64,000 nt of DNA, from the IMG/VR virus record IMGVR_UViG_3300023242_000001, positions 1 to 64,000 of that record, one strand, 5' to 3'. The DNA comes from a virus. The notes below the pieces were generated by a model. That model was not told where the DNA came from. It saw nothing but the letters and a program-made list of their open reading frames with translations, and did no database searches. Position numbers and translations under genes: made by a program. Shown in pieces: positions 25,826-35,526 of this stretch (position 1 is the stretch's first letter; each line of letters opens with the position of its first letter).

Positions 25826-26686
25826 ATGGCTCTCAAGAAGTCCACCACCGCCGCAGCCAACACGTTCGCCGACAAGTTCGAGGACGACAGCGCTGCGGTC
25901 ACCGCCACCACCTCCGCACCTTGGGGTGACGAGACCGGCGCCGCAGACAGCGGAGCAGACAGCGGCGCAGACAACACCACAGCAGCCAAGGTCGAAGCCA
26001 CCACCGCTGTGGCCAAGGCGTCCGCCACCTCGGTGAGCGTCAGCGACGCCGCCTCCCGAGCCAAGGGCTTCCAGAAAGAGGTCGAGGCGATGAAAGGCGC
26101 CGCCGACTTCTCCTGGGGCACACACCGTGTGTTCAAGGCCAAGGACGGCGCGATCAAGGAGATGAAGAACGCCAAGCTCAAGCTGGGCCGCTGGGTCAAG
26201 GTGATGATGTTGGCGTGGGACACCCGCATCGAGATCTCCCCGGGCGAAGACGGCAAGGGTGCTGAAGACTTTGTCGCCTACTCCAAGGACGGCAAGACCA
26301 TCGACTACGTCCAGGGTGCCGAGCAGGCCAAGTTCCTTGGCACCTCGGTCGACGCCTACGTCCAGTACCTCAAGAACGAGGAAGACTTCGAGCGAGCCAG
26401 CAAGCGTGACTTCATCGACGTGCAGTGCGCGGTGCTGGACTGCGAAGACCAGCCCGACTTCCACGAGATCATCCAGATCACCTTGAGCTCGTCGAGCATC
26501 CCGGCGTTCAAGAGCTACCAGAGCGATCTCAACGCCAAGGCCAAGTGCGTGGCGATGGGCCTGCCTGGCTTCAGCGTGCCAGAGAACCCGTTCGAGTTCT
26601 TCTTCATCCGCGAGGACGCGGAGAACAAGAAGAGCCAGACCTGGACCAAGCTGGTCATCAAGTCCAGCCTGCCAGCCAAGATCTGA
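25826..26686 (+). CDS. Replication-associated protein, possibly ssDNA-binding
   Basis: Position after primase, strong codon bias, own terminator; function inferred. Confidence 0.5.
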   Translation: MALKKSTTAAANTFADKFEDDSAAVTATTSAPWGDETGAADSGADSGADNTTAAKVEATTAVAKASATSVSVSDAASRAKGFQKEVEAMKGAADFSWGTHRVFKAKDGAIKEMKNAKLKLGRWVKVMMLAWDTRIEISPGEDGKGAEDFVAYSKDGKTIDYVQGAEQAKFLGTSVDAYVQYLKNEEDFERASKRDFIDVQCAVLDCEDQPDFHEIIQITLSSSSIPAFKSYQSDLNAKAKCVAMGLPGFSVPENPFEFFFIREDAENKKSQTWTKLVIKSSLPAKI

Positions 26687-26691
26687 TGCAC

Positions 26692-26717
26692 AGGCCGCCC
26701 TTCGGGGCGGTCTTTTT
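26692..26717 (+). terminator. Intrinsic terminator
   Basis: GGCCGCCC-TTCG-GGGCGGTC followed by T5. Confidence 0.85.
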
Positions 26718-26727
26718 GGACCCCACC

Positions 26728-27414
26728 ATGAACTACATGATTGCCGACACCGAAACGACAGGTGTGAGCGATGAGGCGTCGGCCTGCGAGATCGGCTGGA
26801 TCACCATCGACGAGGACTTCAACATCCTCACCGAGGTCCAGTCGATCATCGACCCCGAACAGGTCATTGGCGCGGGCGCCTCGGCCGTCCACGGCCTTGT
26901 CTGGGAAGACTGTCTAGCCTACCCCACGATCGAGGAGTTCTTCTCCGTCGACGACCCCAGCTGCTACGGCAAGAAGGTCGAGGAGCCCACCGTCCTGATC
27001 GGCCATCGCATCAGCTTTGATCGCCGGTTCCTTGGGGCCTACATCCCGAACATCGTGCAGGAGCTGTGCACCCTTCGCTGGGTGCGCAACCTCTACCCCG
27101 ACATGGACAACCACCAGTTGGGCACCACGATTTTCGCGCTGAACCTGCCGCGCTCCACCGGCGCGCACCGGGTGATGGGCGACATCATGTCGTCCTACCA
27201 CCTGCTCAAGCACGTTGCCGAGCGCACAGGGCTCACGCTCCCAGAGCTTGCCGAGGCGTCTGCCCAGCCCATGTGGATCACCCGCATGCCGTTCGGCAAG
27301 CACAAGGGTGAGCCGATGGCGGACGTGCCCCGCAGCTACCTCGGCTGGATGCAGCGCTCGATGGACCTCGACCAAGACCTCGCCCACACCATCAAAACCA
27401 TACTGAATAAATAA
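26728..27414 (+). CDS. DEDDh 3'-5' exonuclease (ExoX-like)
   Basis: DTETTG, H..SFD, AHR..GD, C-terminal MPFGKHKG. Confidence 0.88.
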   Translation: MNYMIADTETTGVSDEASACEIGWITIDEDFNILTEVQSIIDPEQVIGAGASAVHGLVWEDCLAYPTIEEFFSVDDPSCYGKKVEEPTVLIGHRISFDRRFLGAYIPNIVQELCTLRWVRNLYPDMDNHQLGTTIFALNLPRSTGAHRVMGDIMSSYHLLKHVAERTGLTLPELAEASAQPMWITRMPFGKHKGEPMADVPRSYLGWMQRSMDLDQDLAHTIKTILNK

Positions 27415-27415
27415 C

Positions 27416-28060
27416 ATGACCACCGACACTCTGCCCCCCTACAAAGAATTCGTTCGCGGCCTGTTCAACCGCTCCGGCTCGCCCGCCCAAGACTTTGCCC
27501 ACGCCGTGCTGGGCCTGAGCACCGAGGTCTACGAGCTCGACAACGCCACCAGCTACACCAACAGCATCGAGGAGCTCGGTGACCTGGCCTTCTACGACCA
27601 GGCCCTGGAGATCGTTGTCGCCGACGCCTTCGGCATTGACGTCAACTCCCTGCCGGTCCGCACCCTGGGCGAGATGCTCGCAGCCAACCCCAACTGGGAC
27701 ACCGAGCGGGCCCTGGCCGGCGACGGCCTGATCGCCATGGACATCCGCACCTTCTGCATCTGCGAGATGCAGGACACCGCCAAGCGTTGGATCGGCTACG
27801 GCAAGGCGCCCTCCCCCGAGAAAGCTGCTGAGACCCTGGCCATGGCCGTGGCAGCGTTCGATCTGAGCGCCCACTTGGTGAGCGGCGCGGAGATCGGAAG
27901 CCCTGAGTGCAGGCTGGTCGCAGACCTTGCCGTGCGTGCCAACTTCGACAAGTTGCGGGCCCGCTACAAGGGCAGCAAGTTCTCGCAGGAAGCCGCGCTG
28001 AACCGCGACCTCGACGCTGAACTGAAGGTTCTCGATGAAGCTGTGGCTGCCACCAGCTGA
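27416..28060 (+). CDS. MazG-like nucleotide pyrophosphohydrolase
   Basis: GLSTEVYEL, EELGDL.FY, N..KL.ARY. Confidence 0.75.
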   Translation: MTTDTLPPYKEFVRGLFNRSGSPAQDFAHAVLGLSTEVYELDNATSYTNSIEELGDLAFYDQALEIVVADAFGIDVNSLPVRTLGEMLAANPNWDTERALAGDGLIAMDIRTFCICEMQDTAKRWIGYGKAPSPEKAAETLAMAVAAFDLSAHLVSGAEIGSPECRLVADLAVRANFDKLRARYKGSKFSQEAALNRDLDAELKVLDEAVAATS

Positions 28061-28988
28061 CATCGCCAGGGTGCTGCGCATCGTTGCGCAACACCTTGAC
28101 CGAGCAGGCCTGCCTGCCGACCTGGCCCACACAGGCTGGGTGGGCGGCGCGCCTGTCACCCTGCCCGGCTTCAGCTTGCTTGAGCCGGTGGGCGGCGTCT
28201 GGCCCCTGAGCTGGTTCGTGCCCGAGAGCACCAACCTGGCCCAGGCCAAGTCGCTGTACGAGGCCTACTCAGCGATCCGCCTGACCAAGACCCGCCCCAA
28301 GTCCCAGGTGCTGGCCGAGGGCATCGAGCAGGCCGCGCTGCGCCGGCTGCTTGACCGCAAGCCCAAGCTGTTCACCGACTGGTTCGAGACCGCCGCGATT
28401 CTCATCGCGCTGATCGCGATGTTCTCCGAGCGCGAGGTGACTTTCGGCGCGCAGGGTGTGCTGCGCCTGGTGTGCGACAGCGGCACCTTCCGCGCCAGCT
28501 CGACCAAGATGTGGTCCAACGACAGGTACCTCCGCGCGCAGGTCGGCCACGCCGCCACCGACTTCGATCTGGCGGCCCTGACGATCGACCCTCTGGTCAC
28601 CGACCACCCCCTGGCTGTGACCCTGGTGCGCGTTGGCGCGCCGGTGGCGTCGTTGCTTGCTGCCCATGTGGCCATCGCCCAGCAGGGCATGGAGCGGGGC
28701 CACTGGCTGAGACCCAGGGCCGTCGCCCCGCGCGACACCACAGCGCCCAGGCCGCGCGGGCGCCCCCGCGTTGAGCGCCAAGTCACCAAGGACATGGCGC
28801 AGGAGGCCCACTGGTTTGTGAACCACAACCGCAAGGGCGTGGGCGAAGAACTTGCGCGCATCCTGGTGCCCAAGGGCGTATCCAAGAACACCCTGGCCCG
28901 CCTGCTCGGGCCTTACGCCTACAACCTCCTGCCTCTGACCCCGGTTCTCCAGGCGAAGGTCAAGTTGTGGCTTGCGGACTACCTGTGA
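28035..28988 (+). CDS. Hypothetical protein
   Basis: Long ORF with genome-typical codon usage. Confidence 0.7.
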   Translation: MKLWLPPADIARVLRIVAQHLDRAGLPADLAHTGWVGGAPVTLPGFSLLEPVGGVWPLSWFVPESTNLAQAKSLYEAYSAIRLTKTRPKSQVLAEGIEQAALRRLLDRKPKLFTDWFETAAILIALIAMFSEREVTFGAQGVLRLVCDSGTFRASSTKMWSNDRYLRAQVGHAATDFDLAALTIDPLVTDHPLAVTLVRVGAPVASLLAAHVAIAQQGMERGHWLRPRAVAPRDTTAPRPRGRPRVERQVTKDMAQEAHWFVNHNRKGVGEELARILVPKGVSKNTLARLLGPYAYNLLPLTPVLQAKVKLWLADYL

Positions 28989-29248
28989 TGCAGACCCGCC
29001 TGCAGTCCTTCATCGAGCAGCTGCTGAACATCGGCAGCGGCTTCCTCGTCTCCCTGCTTGTCTGGGAGTTCGTCGTCAAACCCATCTGGAACATTCAAAC
29101 CAGCCACGCAGAGAACCTTCAAATCACCCTTCTGTTCACTGTCGTGAGCATCGCACGCAGCTACGCGTGGCGCAGAGTTTTCAATCACCGGCTCAATAAA
29201 AACAACAAGAAAGCAAGCCATGAAAAGACTGATCGGAGTTGCGGGTAA
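28988..29248 (+). CDS. Small phage membrane protein
   Basis: MQTR.QS.IE..N..RSY..RR.FN, 2 TM. Confidence 0.75.
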   Translation: MQTRLQSFIEQLLNIGSGFLVSLLVWEFVVKPIWNIQTSHAENLQITLLFTVVSIARSYAWRRVFNHRLNKNNKKASHEKTDRSCG

Positions 29249-29765
29249 AGCCCGCAGCGGCAAGGACGAGTTCACCCGCGGGCTCGTGGCCCAGGGCTAC
29301 ACCCGTGGCGCGTTTGCAGATGCGCTGAAGCAGGTCACCGCACTCATCGCCGATGAGCCGCTGGTCAACTTCACCGACGACGTGCTGAAGGAGGGCTACT
29401 GCCCCTCCCTCAAGATGACGAGGCGTGCCGCGCTGCAGAAGGTCGGCGCCGGTGGGCGCGAGATCCTGCACGACGGCATCTGGGCCGACCGCCTGCTTGC
29501 CCAGGCGGCCCAGCACGATCACTTCGCCATCAGCGACGTGCGCTTCCCCAACGAGGCCCGGGCCATCCGCGCTCTGGGCGGCATCGTGGTGTTGATCGAG
29601 CGCCCCGACAACGTCGGCCTCACCGGCGAGGCCGCGCAGCATGTCTCGGAGCGGCCCCTGCCCCCGGAGCTGATTGACCTTCTGGTCACCAACCACGGCA
29701 CTGTCGGCGACCTCCACGAGGAGGCCAGGCTGATAGCAGGCCGGCTGGAGCTGCGCACCCCATGA
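29220..29765 (+). CDS. Deoxynucleoside monophosphate kinase
   Basis: GKARSGKD, FADALK, SDVRFPNE, HVSE. Confidence 0.88.
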   Translation: MKRLIGVAGKARSGKDEFTRGLVAQGYTRGAFADALKQVTALIADEPLVNFTDDVLKEGYCPSLKMTRRAALQKVGAGGREILHDGIWADRLLAQAAQHDHFAISDVRFPNEARAIRALGGIVVLIERPDNVGLTGEAAQHVSERPLPPELIDLLVTNHGTVGDLHEEARLIAGRLELRTP

Positions 29766-30007
29766 GCGAAGCCGACGACCTTGACCGCGCCGCCGAGCTC
29801 ACGCAGCGCACCAACGACGCCCACGTCCACCGCGCCATGCAAAAGGCCAGGCCCGAGCAGGTACAGCGCGCCGATGGCACGTGGCCCCACCCCGAGTGTG
29901 TGGACTGCGACGCCGTGATCCCGCTGGGGCGCTTGAAGCTGGGGCGCATTCGCTGCGTGCACTGCCAGGAGGCCATCGAGCGAGGCCGGCGCGGGAGGGT
30001 GGCATGA
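29762..30007 (+). CDS. TraR/DksA C4 zinc-finger protein
   Basis: DDLDRA (DxxDxA), CVDC..CVHCQ. Confidence 0.85.
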   Translation: MSEADDLDRAAELTQRTNDAHVHRAMQKARPEQVQRADGTWPHPECVDCDAVIPLGRLKLGRIRCVHCQEAIERGRRGRVA

Positions 30008-30624
30008 GTACGATCGCAGCCCTCTACGTTGAGCCTGATGGTGCTTACTTTGGCCTGCCGGGGGTAGACCCCTGGGACGAGGCGAGGGACGCCCGGACCT
30101 ACTCAGGCCCACACCCGGTTGTCGCGCACCCGCCCTGCCAGCGGTGGGGCAAATACTGGCACGGCGCGCCACGCAAACCCCACCAGTACCGCAAGGGCGA
30201 AGACGGCGGCTGCTTCGGCGCCGCGCTGACAGCCGTTCGCAACTACGGGGGCGTTCTTGAGCACCCCGCTGACTCCCATGCCTGGGGCTGGTTTGGTCTG
30301 GCAAAGCCGCCGAGGGCCGGGGGTTGGGTCAGGGCCGACGAGCACGGCGGCTGGACCTGTCACGTCGAGCAGGGGCACTACGGACACCTTGCCCGCAAAG
30401 CCACGTGGCTGTATTCGGTCGACACCGAGCGCCCGGATCTGATCTGGGGGCCTGGGAAGCAGCGCATCCACCCGGTGGCCCTGGCCAAGTACGGCTACGA
30501 GAAAGCCCTGCGCATCGGGATGATGGCCATGGTGGGCGGCAAGGACAAGACCCGAATCCGAAACACCACCCCGGCCGGGTTCCGGGACATCCTGGTCGAA
30601 CTGGCGAGAGGGCCTACCCAATGA
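30004..30624 (+). CDS. Atypical short C5-cytosine methyltransferase-like protein
   Basis: HPPCQ, VLEHP, RKATWLY; no canonical FxGxG. Confidence 0.55.
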   Translation: MSTIAALYVEPDGAYFGLPGVDPWDEARDARTYSGPHPVVAHPPCQRWGKYWHGAPRKPHQYRKGEDGGCFGAALTAVRNYGGVLEHPADSHAWGWFGLAKPPRAGGWVRADEHGGWTCHVEQGHYGHLARKATWLYSVDTERPDLIWGPGKQRIHPVALAKYGYEKALRIGMMAMVGGKDKTRIRNTTPAGFRDILVELARGPTQ

Positions 30625-30974
30625 CTCCCACCCCCAGAAAGCAGCAGGCCCTCAAGGCCGATCGCATGCTGAGCGCGCTGCTGCGCACCCCCAAGACAAG
30701 GGCGGGCCTGATCGCCGCCGTCACCGGCAAGAGCGTGAGCCGCCACTTCGTCTTCGGGTGGTTGGCGCAGAGGGTCGCATCGGGAGAGGTCGCGGTGCAC
30801 AAAAGCTCGCGCACCCCAACCTACCAACTCAGCACGTTCCTGAGCGTCGAGCCCACAGCAGAGGGCAGCTACCCGGCGTGGCTTGAGCCACGCACCCTGC
30901 CCTATGCCGGGCAGCGCCGCGTGTTCACCGCCGGCACCCAAGTCAACATGAAAGAGGAACAGAAATGCGATTGA
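30621..30974 (+). CDS. Hypothetical protein, possibly winged helix
   Basis: Coupled ORF. Confidence 0.55.
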   Translation: MTPTPRKQQALKADRMLSALLRTPKTRAGLIAAVTGKSVSRHFVFGWLAQRVASGEVAVHKSSRTPTYQLSTFLSVEPTAEGSYPAWLEPRTLPYAGQRRVFTAGTQVNMKEEQKCD

Positions 30975-33900
30975 TCATAGATGCCAACAGTTTGCTCAAT
31001 GAGGCCCTGCTCAGGGGCGAGGACAAAGAGTTCGGCCGCGTCATCACCGGCGCGGACGGCAAGCAGGTCCAGGTCAACAGCGCCGGCTACGGCTTCGAAG
31101 GTTTCTTCGACAAGTACGTCGCGGCGTTGGGGGAGTTCGGCCTGCAGCCCATCAACACCATCGTCGTGTGGGACGGCGCCAACGCCAAGCAGATGCGCCG
31201 CAACTACCTGGCAGGCTACAAGCTGGGGCGCGACAAGGCGCCCGAGGTCAGCGAGCAGCTGAACCTTGCCCGTGACATGGTCACCAAAGCCCTGTACCAC
31301 CTCGGCGCCACCGTGGTGCAGCAGCCACGCATGGAGGCAGACGACGTGATCGGCTACCTTTGCCGGCACCTGCGAGGCGAGCGCAACACCGTCGTCACTT
31401 CCGACGGCGATCTGTGCGTGCTGCACGACGACAACACCGACGTCTGGCGCCTGAAGGAGCTGAACAAGAACCCGTGCGGCCCGTTCCCCCACCGCTACAT
31501 CACCCACTACAAGGCCCTGGTCGGTGACACCTCCGACAAGATCCCGGGCGCCAAGGGCTTCGGCGACGCAGCCTTCATCCAGTTCGTCGCCACCTTCGGC
31601 CTGGAGGGCCTGGACGAGATGCAGCGCATGATCGAGGCAGGCACCCTGCACGAGCTTGCCGAGAGCCTGGCGGACATGCCCAAGCTGAGGACGGTGCTGG
31701 AGAACAAAGACACCGTCACCGCATCCTGGGTCGTGGCCCGCCTGCACATCGACGAGGTCAACACGATGCGCGCGCCGCTGCAGATCACGCCCGGCATGGT
31801 GACGCAGTGGGCCGACGTGCCAGAAGAACTGCGGGTGCACGACCTGCGCATGAAGTACGGCACCAAGACCCTGGTCACCGCGTCCAACTACGAGGTCGTG
31901 GTGGCCCGCCTGCCCAAGGGCATCCACGCCGCGCCCTTTGTCGCGCTGGACATCGAGACCGCCGAGGGCGAGGAGTCCGACGAGTGGATCGACCGCATGA
32001 AGGCCGCCACCGAGTCCGATCGTGAGCGCATCGATGTGCTGGGCCACGAGCTGTGCGGCATGTCGCTCACCTTCGGCGACAACCTGCAGCACACGGTCTA
32101 CATGGCCGTGAACCACAAGGACAGCGACAACATCACGGTCGACCAGTGCCGCGCCGTGGTCGAGCTGATCCCCCAGACCAAGCACATCGTCATCCAGAAC
32201 CGCAACTTCGAGTTCTCGGTGTTGTACCGCACCTGGGGTGACAAGTGGGCCGACAACGGCTGGAGCGGCTTCATCCCCAACGCGCTGGACACCAAGATCG
32301 GTGCCAGCTACGTCGACGAGAACCACCCCAAAGGCCTGAAGCACCGCTCCAAGCTGCACCTGGGCTACGAGCAGCAGACCTTCGAGAAGGTCACCACGGT
32401 GAGCGGTCCCCTGGGCACGCTCACCGGTGGGCGCTTCGTTCGGGAATACGACCAGGTCATCGACACCATGCCCAACGGCGTGGACGCTGACGGCGTGGTG
32501 CAGTTCCTGGAGACCACCCAGCGCTGGGAGGACCGCCGCCACAAGATGGACGCACTCACCGCCGAGCACGTCTTCGACTACGGCTGCGACGACACCATCT
32601 GCACCGCCGCGCTGCACCACTACTACAAGCTGGTGATGGAGATCGAGGGCACCTGGGACACCTACCTCGAAGTCGAGACGCTCCCCGAGTACCTCACCAC
32701 GCTTGCCTTTGTTCAGGGCGTGCCGATCTCGCTGCCCAAGCTGCGCGAGATGGAACTGAAGGACGACGAGCGCTACGCCGACGGCTGGGGGGTGATGCGG
32801 GCCTACCTCATGGCCAAGGGTTGGGAAGGCACTGTGCGCCCCGAGTTCGAGGCGCCCCTTGAGCCTTCCGACGTCAAGCTGGCAGCCAGCGTGCTGCTGG
32901 ACGCAGAGTTCACCACCAAGAAGCGCAAGCTCAACGCAATGGCGTTTGACATGCGCGAGCAGTTTCCCGACAACGCCACGGCCAGCGTGCTTGCCGCCGC
33001 TGTCGAGCAGGGTGATGTGGACGCGATCAACCGGATGATCAAGGACAACTTCACTGGCGAGCCCAAGATCAACTTCGGGTCCCCGAAACAGATCCAGAAC
33101 CTGCTGTATCACGTCGTCGGCGCGGTGCCCCGCATCGTCAACAAGATGACGGACAAGCAGCGCGAAACGAACGAAGACATGAAGGAGGCGTTCAACAAGA
33201 TGCGCCGGGCGCGCGACCTCAAAGTCGACCTGTTCTCGATCACGGAACCTGTGAGCGGCAAAGACTCCCGGGGCAAGTCGGTGACTTTGAGGCCACTGCT
33301 GGACGAGGAGCGCGAGGCGCTCATCAGCAAGGCCTCCACCGACGACTCGGCCGTGGCCTACGCCCTGGCCAAGGACAGCCTCGGTGACGAGGAGCGCGCT
33401 GTGCTCACCGCATTCGGCGCCATCAAGTCGGTGATGACGCGTCGCAGCCTTTTCTACAAGACCTACAAGGTCATCGGGCACTGGCGCGACGGGCGCATCC
33501 ACTCGTCGCTGAACCAGTCCGAGGCGGTGACGCGGCGCTACTCGTCCAGCGCCCCGAACGTGCAGCAGCTGCCTTCGCGGGGCGAGGGCGCCGAGTTTCG
33601 CGAGATCATTTTGCCGCACCACAAGAATGCCGTTGTCGTGGCGTGTGACTTCAGTGGACAGGAGCTGCGCAACCTTGCCGAGCAGAGCGGCGACGCCGCG
33701 CTGACCGCTTGCTACGTGGGCGACAACCTGCTTGATGTGCACAGCCTGACCGCGGTGCAAGCTTCGCTCTACCTGTGGGACGCCCCGGTGACCTACGACG
33801 AGTTCCTGGCCATGCTGGCCTCCGAGAACAAGGACGCCAAGACCAAGGCCAAGGAGCTGCGCGGCTCCAGCAAGACGGTGAACTTCGCGTCCCAGTACGG

Positions 33901-34459
33901 GGCGCAGGCGATGAACATCGCGCAGCAGCTGATGGTCGACGAGGAGACCGCCCAGAACTTCCTGAACGCGAAGGACAAGGCGTTCCCGGGCATCGAGGTC
34001 TGGAAGAAGGTGGTCGAGGATCGGACGGCCGAGGTTGGCTACGCGGTGTCGATGATGGGTGCGCGGCGCCACCTGCAGGCTCCGCTGAACTCCGAAAACA
34101 GTTGGGAGCGCGCAGCGGCCGCCCGCCAAGCCAGCAACCACTACATCCAGGCCAGTTGCGCCGAGCAGAGCAAACTGGCCATGGCCTCGATGTGGCGCGC
34201 CGGGCTGTTCACCGGCAGGTTCGACGCTTGCTTCTACTTCCCGGTCCACGACGAATGCGTGGCCTCGGTCCACAAGGATCAGGCAGTGGAGTTCACCAAG
34301 TTGTTCCATGCCTGCATGGTCCAGCCCTACGCCGGGATGAAGATCCCGATCGTCTCGTCGATCGAGATCGGGCGCAACTTCGGCAACCTGATCGAGGTCG
34401 GCGAAGTGCCCGACGAGCAGAAAATTCAGGAGGCCATCAACAAGGTTTTCGCGGTATAG
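30965..34459 (+). CDS. polA: Family A DNA polymerase with 5'-3' and 3'-5' exonuclease domains
   Basis: EADD, SDGD, GDTSDKIPG; DIET, YGCDD; DFSGQELR, KTVNF..QYG, VHDE. Confidence 0.95.
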   Translation: MRLIIDANSLLNEALLRGEDKEFGRVITGADGKQVQVNSAGYGFEGFFDKYVAALGEFGLQPINTIVVWDGANAKQMRRNYLAGYKLGRDKAPEVSEQLNLARDMVTKALYHLGATVVQQPRMEADDVIGYLCRHLRGERNTVVTSDGDLCVLHDDNTDVWRLKELNKNPCGPFPHRYITHYKALVGDTSDKIPGAKGFGDAAFIQFVATFGLEGLDEMQRMIEAGTLHELAESLADMPKLRTVLENKDTVTASWVVARLHIDEVNTMRAPLQITPGMVTQWADVPEELRVHDLRMKYGTKTLVTASNYEVVVARLPKGIHAAPFVALDIETAEGEESDEWIDRMKAATESDRERIDVLGHELCGMSLTFGDNLQHTVYMAVNHKDSDNITVDQCRAVVELIPQTKHIVIQNRNFEFSVLYRTWGDKWADNGWSGFIPNALDTKIGASYVDENHPKGLKHRSKLHLGYEQQTFEKVTTVSGPLGTLTGGRFVREYDQVIDTMPNGVDADGVVQFLETTQRWEDRRHKMDALTAEHVFDYGCDDTICTAALHHYYKLVMEIEGTWDTYLEVETLPEYLTTLAFVQGVPISLPKLREMELKDDERYADGWGVMRAYLMAKGWEGTVRPEFEAPLEPSDVKLAASVLLDAEFTTKKRKLNAMAFDMREQFPDNATASVLAAAVEQGDVDAINRMIKDNFTGEPKINFGSPKQIQNLLYHVVGAVPRIVNKMTDKQRETNEDMKEAFNKMRRARDLKVDLFSITEPVSGKDSRGKSVTLRPLLDEEREALISKASTDDSAVAYALAKDSLGDEERAVLTAFGAIKSVMTRRSLFYKTYKVIGHWRDGRIHSSLNQSEAVTRRYSSSAPNVQQLPSRGEGAEFREIILPHHKNAVVVACDFSGQELRNLAEQSGDAALTACYVGDNLLDVHSLTAVQASLYLWDAPVTYDEFLAMLASENKDAKTKAKELRGSSKTVNFASQYGAQAMNIAQQLMVDEETAQNFLNAKDKAFPGIEVWKKVVEDRTAEVGYAVSMMGARRHLQAPLNSENSWERAAAARQASNHYIQASCAEQSKLAMASMWRAGLFTGRFDACFYFPVHDECVASVHKDQAVEFTKLFHACMVQPYAGMKIPIVSSIEIGRNFGNLIEVGEVPDEQKIQEAINKVFAV

Positions 34460-34528
34460 TGCCAGCCCTCACCGACAAAGATCGGTGAGCGGTCCCGATA
34501 GAACAACAATAAAAACCGAGGGCATGCG

Positions 34529-34792
34529 ATGGACATCCACGCAAAAAAGCAGGGGCGCCCGCCTCTGGGTACGGGCGAACTCGCCCCCGACAAAGTCAAG
34601 GGCCTTTGGCGGCTCATCAAGCACAACGAAGCCAGCACCAGTCAAGACCGGCGCTGGCTTTGCATTTGCGAGTGCGGCAGCACCCGCTGGGTCAAAGAGC
34701 AAGCGCTCAGACACAACCAGTCCCGCTCATGCGGCTGCACCCGAGTCAAGGTGCTTGCAGCGTCGCTGAGCCAAGCCAGCGGCTGGAGGTGA
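34529..34792 (+). CDS. Stand-alone HNH-associated Cys domain (remnant?)
   Basis: WLCICECG..SRSCGC. Confidence 0.55.
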   Translation: MDIHAKKQGRPPLGTGELAPDKVKGLWRLIKHNEASTSQDRRWLCICECGSTRWVKEQALRHNQSRSCGCTRVKVLAASLSQASGWR

Positions 34793-34795
34793 CCC

Positions 34796-35284
34796 ATGGT
34801 CACTTTCAAGCGCACAGGCAACAAGGCCAACCGGGGCAAGCCCACCGAGGATGCCGTCGCGAAAGCGCTGGCCACTTGGCAGGGCCAGCGCATGGACCGC
34901 GAGTTCAACCGGCTGGTCGACAGCAAGGCAGCGGGCCGGATCATCAAGGCGGCGGCGGCGGACTTCGAGTTCTTCATCAACGATTTTGACGACCAGTACT
35001 CCCTGCAGGCGCACCACGGCCTGATCGAGGCGAAAGAGACCGAGCACGAGTTTCGGATTGCCCGCCCCAAGATCACGCAGCTCCCTGCGATGCGCCGCAG
35101 GCGCCTCTCTGGCGGCAGGTGCTTCGTGGTGGTCTACCACAGCACGATCAAGAGGTACCGCGCAGTGTCAGTCCGATGGCTTGACGCCAACGGCGACAAA
35201 GGCTCCTGGAACCTGGAGCCGATCCCCACCTTCGAGACCCCGATCGAGGCCCTGAACTGGGCAAGTTCGGGGCTGTTCGCATGA
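34796..35284 (+). CDS. RecU-like PD-(D/E)xK Holliday junction resolvase
   Basis: ADF..LIEAKET..Q. Confidence 0.65.
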   Translation: MVTFKRTGNKANRGKPTEDAVAKALATWQGQRMDREFNRLVDSKAAGRIIKAAAADFEFFINDFDDQYSLQAHHGLIEAKETEHEFRIARPKITQLPAMRRRRLSGGRCFVVVYHSTIKRYRAVSVRWLDANGDKGSWNLEPIPTFETPIEALNWASSGLFA

Positions 35285-35526
35285 AGGAGCGCCACTGCGC
35301 CTACTGCCGCAACATCCGCCCCGACGAGGGTTTTCGCAGGGTCTTATCTGCTGTCGACACCTCGGTGCGCTACATGTGCCCCGGGTGCCAAGACCGCCGC
35401 AAGCTGCCCCGCGCAAAGCTTGTCGAGATGGCCCAGGTGGAAACAGAAGAACGCCGCGCTGCCGCCTCGGCGGCGGCCGCGCTGGCGGCTCGAGAAACAT
35501 TTGAAAGGAAAAGGAACCTGACATGA
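35281..35526 (+). CDS. Zinc-finger hypothetical protein
   Basis: CAYC..CPGC. Confidence 0.6.
   Translation: MKERHCAYCRNIRPDEGFRRVLSAVDTSVRYMCPGCQDRRKLPRAKLVEMAQVETEERRAAASAAAALAARETFERKRNLT

Noticed and set aside
30902-34309. 1135-aa antisense ORF opposite polA, and similar long antisense ORFs opposite the ligase and helicase
   Set aside because: Shadow ORFs expected from high GC3 codon bias; no protein motifs
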